This document shows positions 17,125 to 20,000 of a DNA stretch of 20,000 nucleotides, in pieces. This DNA comes from an uncultured virus (IMG/VR IMGVR_UViG_3300006217_001617). Its lineage: Duplodnaviria; Heunggongvirae; Uroviricota; Caudoviricetes. How positions within the stretch are numbered: the first letter of the stretch is position 1; every line of letters starts with the position of its first letter. The notes beneath the pieces were generated by a model. It made no database searches. It saw nothing but the letters and a program-made list of their open reading frames with translations, and had not been told where the DNA came from. A program made the position numbers and the translations under genes. The DNA lies in the IMG/VR virus record IMGVR_UViG_3300006217_001617, one strand, 5' to 3'.

Positions 17125-18303
17125 TTACAAATTCATGCTGTTAAACTGCTTCTGTCCCGGCTTCTCCTGCGGGGTCTGGACTGGCTGACGGTCTTTGCGT
17201 TCCACCATGCCGTAATCCGTCAGTTTGGCGTTTAGTTCTTTGACAAGCGCACCCCCAAAACCCTCCAGGTCAAGGTATGGAATCATGGCTTCCGCTGACT
17301 GCGGATCAACGACCACGCTTAACTCGTCCCGCGCGACATCCTCCAGCGTTTCGTATTGCGGTGTGACCAGATACTCATCCATCCGATCTATCAACTGAAC
17401 TGCGCTGCCGAAATCGTTTGGTTTTACTGCTGCGACAATCGCTTTGTACTCGGTCATTTGTTTTAGGGGCATCTCTGCCAGGATTGCAGCCAGCTGATTG
17501 ACCTCGCGGATATCTTCCGCATGATTGATGGGGCCTTTCAGCAGCGGGACTTTGCAGTCAGCACACTCAAAGCTGGTTTCCTGCCAGCCGTCAGCTCCCA
17601 ACTGATCCAGCACGTTATTCAAACTTTCGCTGGAAGTGGGGAGTTTGATTGATTTCTCACCATCGGAATCAGACGTTCTTATTTCCAGAAGTATCGTGTA
17701 GTCTGGTGCTTTCGGTGTGTAGTCGAGCGTTTTATGGGCTTCCACTAATTCGCTGTGCTGCTCCACATAACTGTTATCTGTGAACACGCCGCCATTGCTT
17801 AACCGTTCCTCTCGACCTATCGCTGTGTAGTCCAGCTTCGCAAAAGCTTCCTCCGGCATTTCCTCAGTGTTTGCCCACAGCCCGTTATCGACAAGGAACT
17901 CGCCAAGTTCTTTGTGCGTCGTGATACCGCCGAGTACATGGCAGCACTCGGTGCTGTACGCGAAGTCGATCAGCTTTGAGATGGGGATCGGTTGATCTGA
18001 TTTGAAAGCGTCTGCCTTCACCATCCCATCGAAGGCTTCCTGCTGCCAGTCCTCAAGACTGCTCATCTTTTCAGCCAGAGCGTTGACCTCATACAGCCCT
18101 CCATGCTCAATCGGCAGGAGGTTCAGGTATTTGCTTGTGTGACTGGAGACAATCTCAACTTCGACTTCAGATGCGTCGGCAGTTCGCAGCCGCTCCTGCA
18201 CATCCAGCAATTCATATGGCGTTGCTGGCAGCGCGAGAGTCACAGCTGCCGCATTGTATGGCCTTCCGGGCCTCGTGACATATGTATCAAATATTTTTTG
18301 CAA
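17125..18303 (-). CDS. ArdA-like antirestriction protein paralog with two internal repeats (392 aa, probable TTG start)
   Basis: RBS GGAGGGAG before TTG 18303; 'EVNALAEKM', 'ELGEFLVDNG...LDYTAIGRE....GGVFTDNSYV', second repeat 'EVNQLAAIL...YLDLEGFG.......LTDYGMV'. Confidence 0.65.
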   Translation of the reverse strand: MQKIFDTYVTRPGRPYNAAAVTLALPATPYELLDVQERLRTADASEVEVEIVSSHTSKYLNLLPIEHGGLYEVNALAEKMSSLEDWQQEAFDGMVKADAFKSDQPIPISKLIDFAYSTECCHVLGGITTHKELGEFLVDNGLWANTEEMPEEAFAKLDYTAIGREERLSNGGVFTDNSYVEQHSELVEAHKTLDYTPKAPDYTILLEIRTSDSDGEKSIKLPTSSESLNNVLDQLGADGWQETSFECADCKVPLLKGPINHAEDIREVNQLAAILAEMPLKQMTEYKAIVAAVKPNDFGSAVQLIDRMDEYLVTPQYETLEDVARDELSVVVDPQSAEAMIPYLDLEGFGGALVKELNAKLTDYGMVERKDRQPVQTPQEKPGQKQFNSMNL

Positions 18304-18352
18304 GTGTCTCAGCTCCCTCCAATTTGGTATTTGCCGTTTGATTTTTCGGTTT

Positions 18353-18407
18353 GCAACACAACATATCACAACGGGTTTCGGATATCCAGCAGAAAATCCA
18401 ACGAAAA
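18353..18407 (-). promoter_or_regulatory. Repeated promoter module, copy A
   Basis: TGGATA-17 nt-TATGTT with TG extended -10; ungapped 44/55 match to 15666-15720. Confidence 0.7.
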
Positions 18408-18504
18408 CACAGCGGTTATATCGTGAAATCAGCCGAAAAACACTGGCTGAAAACTTCAATCGGCAAAACGTATAAATTTTCTTTCAAAAGTTCGTGCAAA
18501 ATGT

Positions 18505-18846
18505 TTATTGATTTTTAGTGAAGGCCAAAGGGTAACGCTGATAGGCATTCATCTCGTCCAGCAGAGCGCTGATTGGAAGCATCTCTGAACACGCCGTCAA
18601 CCGACGGCACTGGTCCGTGACCTCCAGCGGATCAGCAAAGCAGAGCAAGCCCGTAACATCCTCTGGCGTAAGCCGGTACTGGTTCCTGAGCAGGAAGTGC
18701 GTCTCCGCAAGCCCTTGCAGCCGGTAGACCTGCTCAATGCTGGGAGCGCTGCACAAAGCGGTTGCGTGTGTCAGCAGGCTTGCGTCCAGCTGGCGCATCA
18801 GCTTTCTCTTTGCCTGAAACGGCGAAAATCTTTTTCTGGCTTTCAT
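18505..18846 (-). CDS. Hypothetical protein (113 aa), first gene of the cluster
   Basis: RBS AAAGGAG upstream; co-directional with the cluster. Confidence 0.65.
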   Translation of the reverse strand: MKARKRFSPFQAKRKLMRQLDASLLTHATALCSAPSIEQVYRLQGLAETHFLLRNQYRLTPEDVTGLLCFADPLEVTDQCRRLTACSEMLPISALLDEMNAYQRYPLAFTKNQ

Positions 18847-18880
18847 TTTGCTGCATTCTCCTTTCCTTGCCGATGGTTAT

Positions 18881-18916
18881 AAAAAACGGAGACCGTATCT
18901 TGACTACGGCCTCCGT
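18881..18916 (-). terminator. Intrinsic terminator directly upstream of the first gene
   Basis: ACGGAGGCCGUA-GUCAAGA-UACGGUCUCCGU-UUUUU: 12-bp stem with one G-U pair. Confidence 0.8.
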
Positions 18917-19000
18917 GAAGCTATGATTTTGATGTTCCAAAAATTTCAATGCGCAATTTGCACAATAATTTTTCTTATTTTTATGCAATCGTCTAATTGA

Positions 19001-19260
19001 TTTTCCTGCTCATTTCTGCGGGGCAGACCATGAAGGAAAGCAGAATCCCGCAGCCCAGCGCCACCAGCTGGAAATAGAAAAAGGGCGCAGTCTCTGATGG
19101 CTTATGCAAAGCCACTAAAACTGCGCCCCAAATTTCGTATATAATTTTCTGCCGAAACCCGCCGAAAGACCCTCGCCTTCGCCGCTGTGGCTGGTGGATT
19201 CCCCCGTCCCAATGTGGGCAAAACCGGCAAATCAGGGGTTCAAATCCCTGACGCTTGCCT
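19001..19260 (-). ncRNA. Candidate structured leader RNA or single-stranded-DNA structural element (strand and nature uncertain)
   Basis: Nested long-range complementarity (19183-19201 with 19043-19060; 19211-19223 with 19001-19014), an internal long hairpin at 19083-19128 and a 5' hairpin at 19226-19259. Confidence 0.5.
19078..19129 (-). terminator. Long terminator-like hairpin inside the leader
   Basis: GGGCGCAGUUUU-A-GUGGCUU-UGCAU-AAGCCAU-CA-GAGACUGCGCCC-UUUUUCUAUUU; the wobbles pair only on the minus strand. Confidence 0.65.
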
Positions 19261-19351
19261 GAAACGGCGATTTGCATCTATGGAATTTTCAAAAAAATTC
19301 GGGTCTCCAAAACCCCAAAAAACGCTAGAGCGGCGGACATTTTAGCCCACC

Positions 19352-19399
19352 GCATCTATAGTGTTTTGATAATATGTCATACCCCAACACTATAGATGC
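19352..19399. repeat. Perfect 14-bp inverted repeat with a 20-bp spacer
   Basis: GCATCTATAGTGTT (19352-19365) / AACACTATAGATGC (19386-19399). Confidence 0.9.
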
Positions 19400-19527
19400 A
19401 CGCGCTTTTCGAAAGTTTTTTAGCCGTTTTAAAAGCTATTCGGCCTTTTTTGGACGTTGTTTGCAACTTTTCGTTTCAAATGGATTCAGTAGAAATCACT
19501 CAGCCGTAATTGCTTTCTCTGCTAATC

Positions 19528-19556
19528 TTGCTTTCTCCCGGCATTTATGTTAAAAT
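19528..19556 (+). promoter_or_regulatory. Sigma-A promoter of the Rpn-like gene
   Basis: TTGCTT-17 nt-TAAAAT with TG extended -10, 30 nt before ATG; RBS AAGGAG. Confidence 0.75.
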
Positions 19557-19586
19557 GATAATAACATAGGACGAAGGAGATGCTGT

Positions 19587-20000
19587 ATGGACAGGGAATC
19601 ATCCGCTGGCGTTCAGCCGGAAGCAGCCGGTCACATCGAAGCGCGTGAAAAACGCGTAATCGAAGCAAGAAAGTTTAACCTTTTGAGCAACGTGTTTATG
19701 CGGGTCACATTCAGAGACAGGGCTGCCTGCCAGTATGTACTCCGGATTCTGACCGGAATTCCGGATCTGGTCGTGAAAGCAGTCCGCACGGAGTACCGGG
19801 TTTCCAGCACCACATCACATGATGTAGTTCTGGATGTACTTGCCGAAGACAGCAGCGGTAAGATCTACAACATTGAAATTCAACGCGCCGACACAGTGGA
19901 TCATGCCAGACGGGTCAGACTCCATGGCGCGATGATTGACAGCGAATATCTGGAAAAAGGGAAAACCTATGCCGACCTGCCGGATCTGTTTATCATTTAT
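19587..20000 (+). CDS. Rpn / PD-(D/E)XK nuclease family transposase-like protein (PDDEXK_2); 3' end outside the window
   Basis: Translated by hand: 'NLLSNVFM...F.D..ACQYVLRIL...VVLDVLAEDSSGKIYNIEIQR......RRVRLHGAMIDSEYLEKGKTYADLPDLFIIY'. Confidence 0.85.
   Translation, partial: MDRESSAGVQPEAAGHIEAREKRVIEARKFNLLSNVFMRVTFRDRAACQYVLRILTGIPDLVVKAVRTEYRVSSTTSHDVVLDVLAEDSSGKIYNIEIQRADTVDHARRVRLHGAMIDSEYLEKGKTYADLPDLFIIY

Larger units (their letters stand above)
1..19400 (-). mobile_element. Part of a putative integrative conjugative/mobilizable element (anti-restriction/DNA-modification genes plus surface adhesion module); boundaries uncertain
   Basis: Co-directional cluster of ArdA-like, DUF4314, orphan methylase, SpoVG, PAPS reductase-like, sortase and TED/CnaB adhesin genes, a gene mix typical of Firmicute ICE/IME cargo. 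No integrase or relaxase is in the window. Confidence 0.6.

Noticed and set aside
18304..18459. N-terminal extension of the 444-aa ORF (similarly 15653-15682, 12599-12715, 10780-10830)
   Set aside because: The extensions run through promoter modules or upstream genes; RBS-supported starts lie downstream.
7457..18475. Long plus-strand ORFs such as 7890-8582, 9062-9988, 12640-13212 and 15778-16554
   Set aside because: Antisense to well-supported minus-strand genes, with no recognisable motifs.
19232..19251. tRNA T-loop-like GGTTCAAATCCC on the plus strand
   Set aside because: No D-arm, anticodon arm, acceptor stem or CCA, so not called a tRNA or tRNA-derived att site. It does leave the strand of the structured element uncertain.
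18734..19277. ORFs 18993-19277 (-) and 18734-18988 (-)
   Set aside because: No clear RBS; they run through terminator hairpins and the structured leader.
19349..19402. Tandem NrdR-box resemblance of the inverted repeat arms
   Set aside because: Only half of each box matches, the 38-bp spacing is atypical, and no ribonucleotide reductase gene is adjacent.
19631..19813. Minus-strand 60-aa ORF
   Set aside because: Antisense to the Rpn-like gene.
1..20000. CRISPR array, diversity-generating retroelement, retron, or complete Dnd/Ssp or restriction-modification system
   Set aside because: No regularly spaced short repeats, reverse transcriptase, cas genes, cysteine desulfurase/DndD partners or cognate restriction enzyme were seen.

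Overview
Almost the whole window (1-~19.4 kb) is one co-directional minus-strand gene cluster that looks like part of an integrative mobile element of a clostridial-type (Oscillospiraceae-like, inferred) Firmicute. In transcription order it has: a ~260-nt highly self-complementary non-coding leader, a hypothetical gene, two internally duplicated ArdA-like proteins with a 55-aa Cys-rich microprotein between them, a DUF4314 fusion, an HTH gene coupled to an orphan DNA adenine methylase, an AbrB-like protein, SpoVG, a PAPS-reductase-family protein, a membrane-anchored surface protein, a sortase, a secreted transglutaminase-like protein, and a >2469-aa thioester-domain (TED) + SpaA/CnaB-repeat adhesin. 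The adhesin is missing from the ORF track because it runs off the window edge. A divergent Rpn/PD-(D/E)XK gene starts at 19587. The most unusual signals are non-coding. Five same-strand terminator hairpins lie in the cluster, four of them only 23-44 nt before the next start codon, downstream of the structured leader (candidate processive-antitermination system). There is also a duplicated 55-bp promoter module, a 14-bp perfect inverted repeat near the probable element edge, and a probable ATA start codon on the methylase. No integrase, relaxase or T4SS gene is visible in the window. Family assignments come from motif recognition only, with no database searches.
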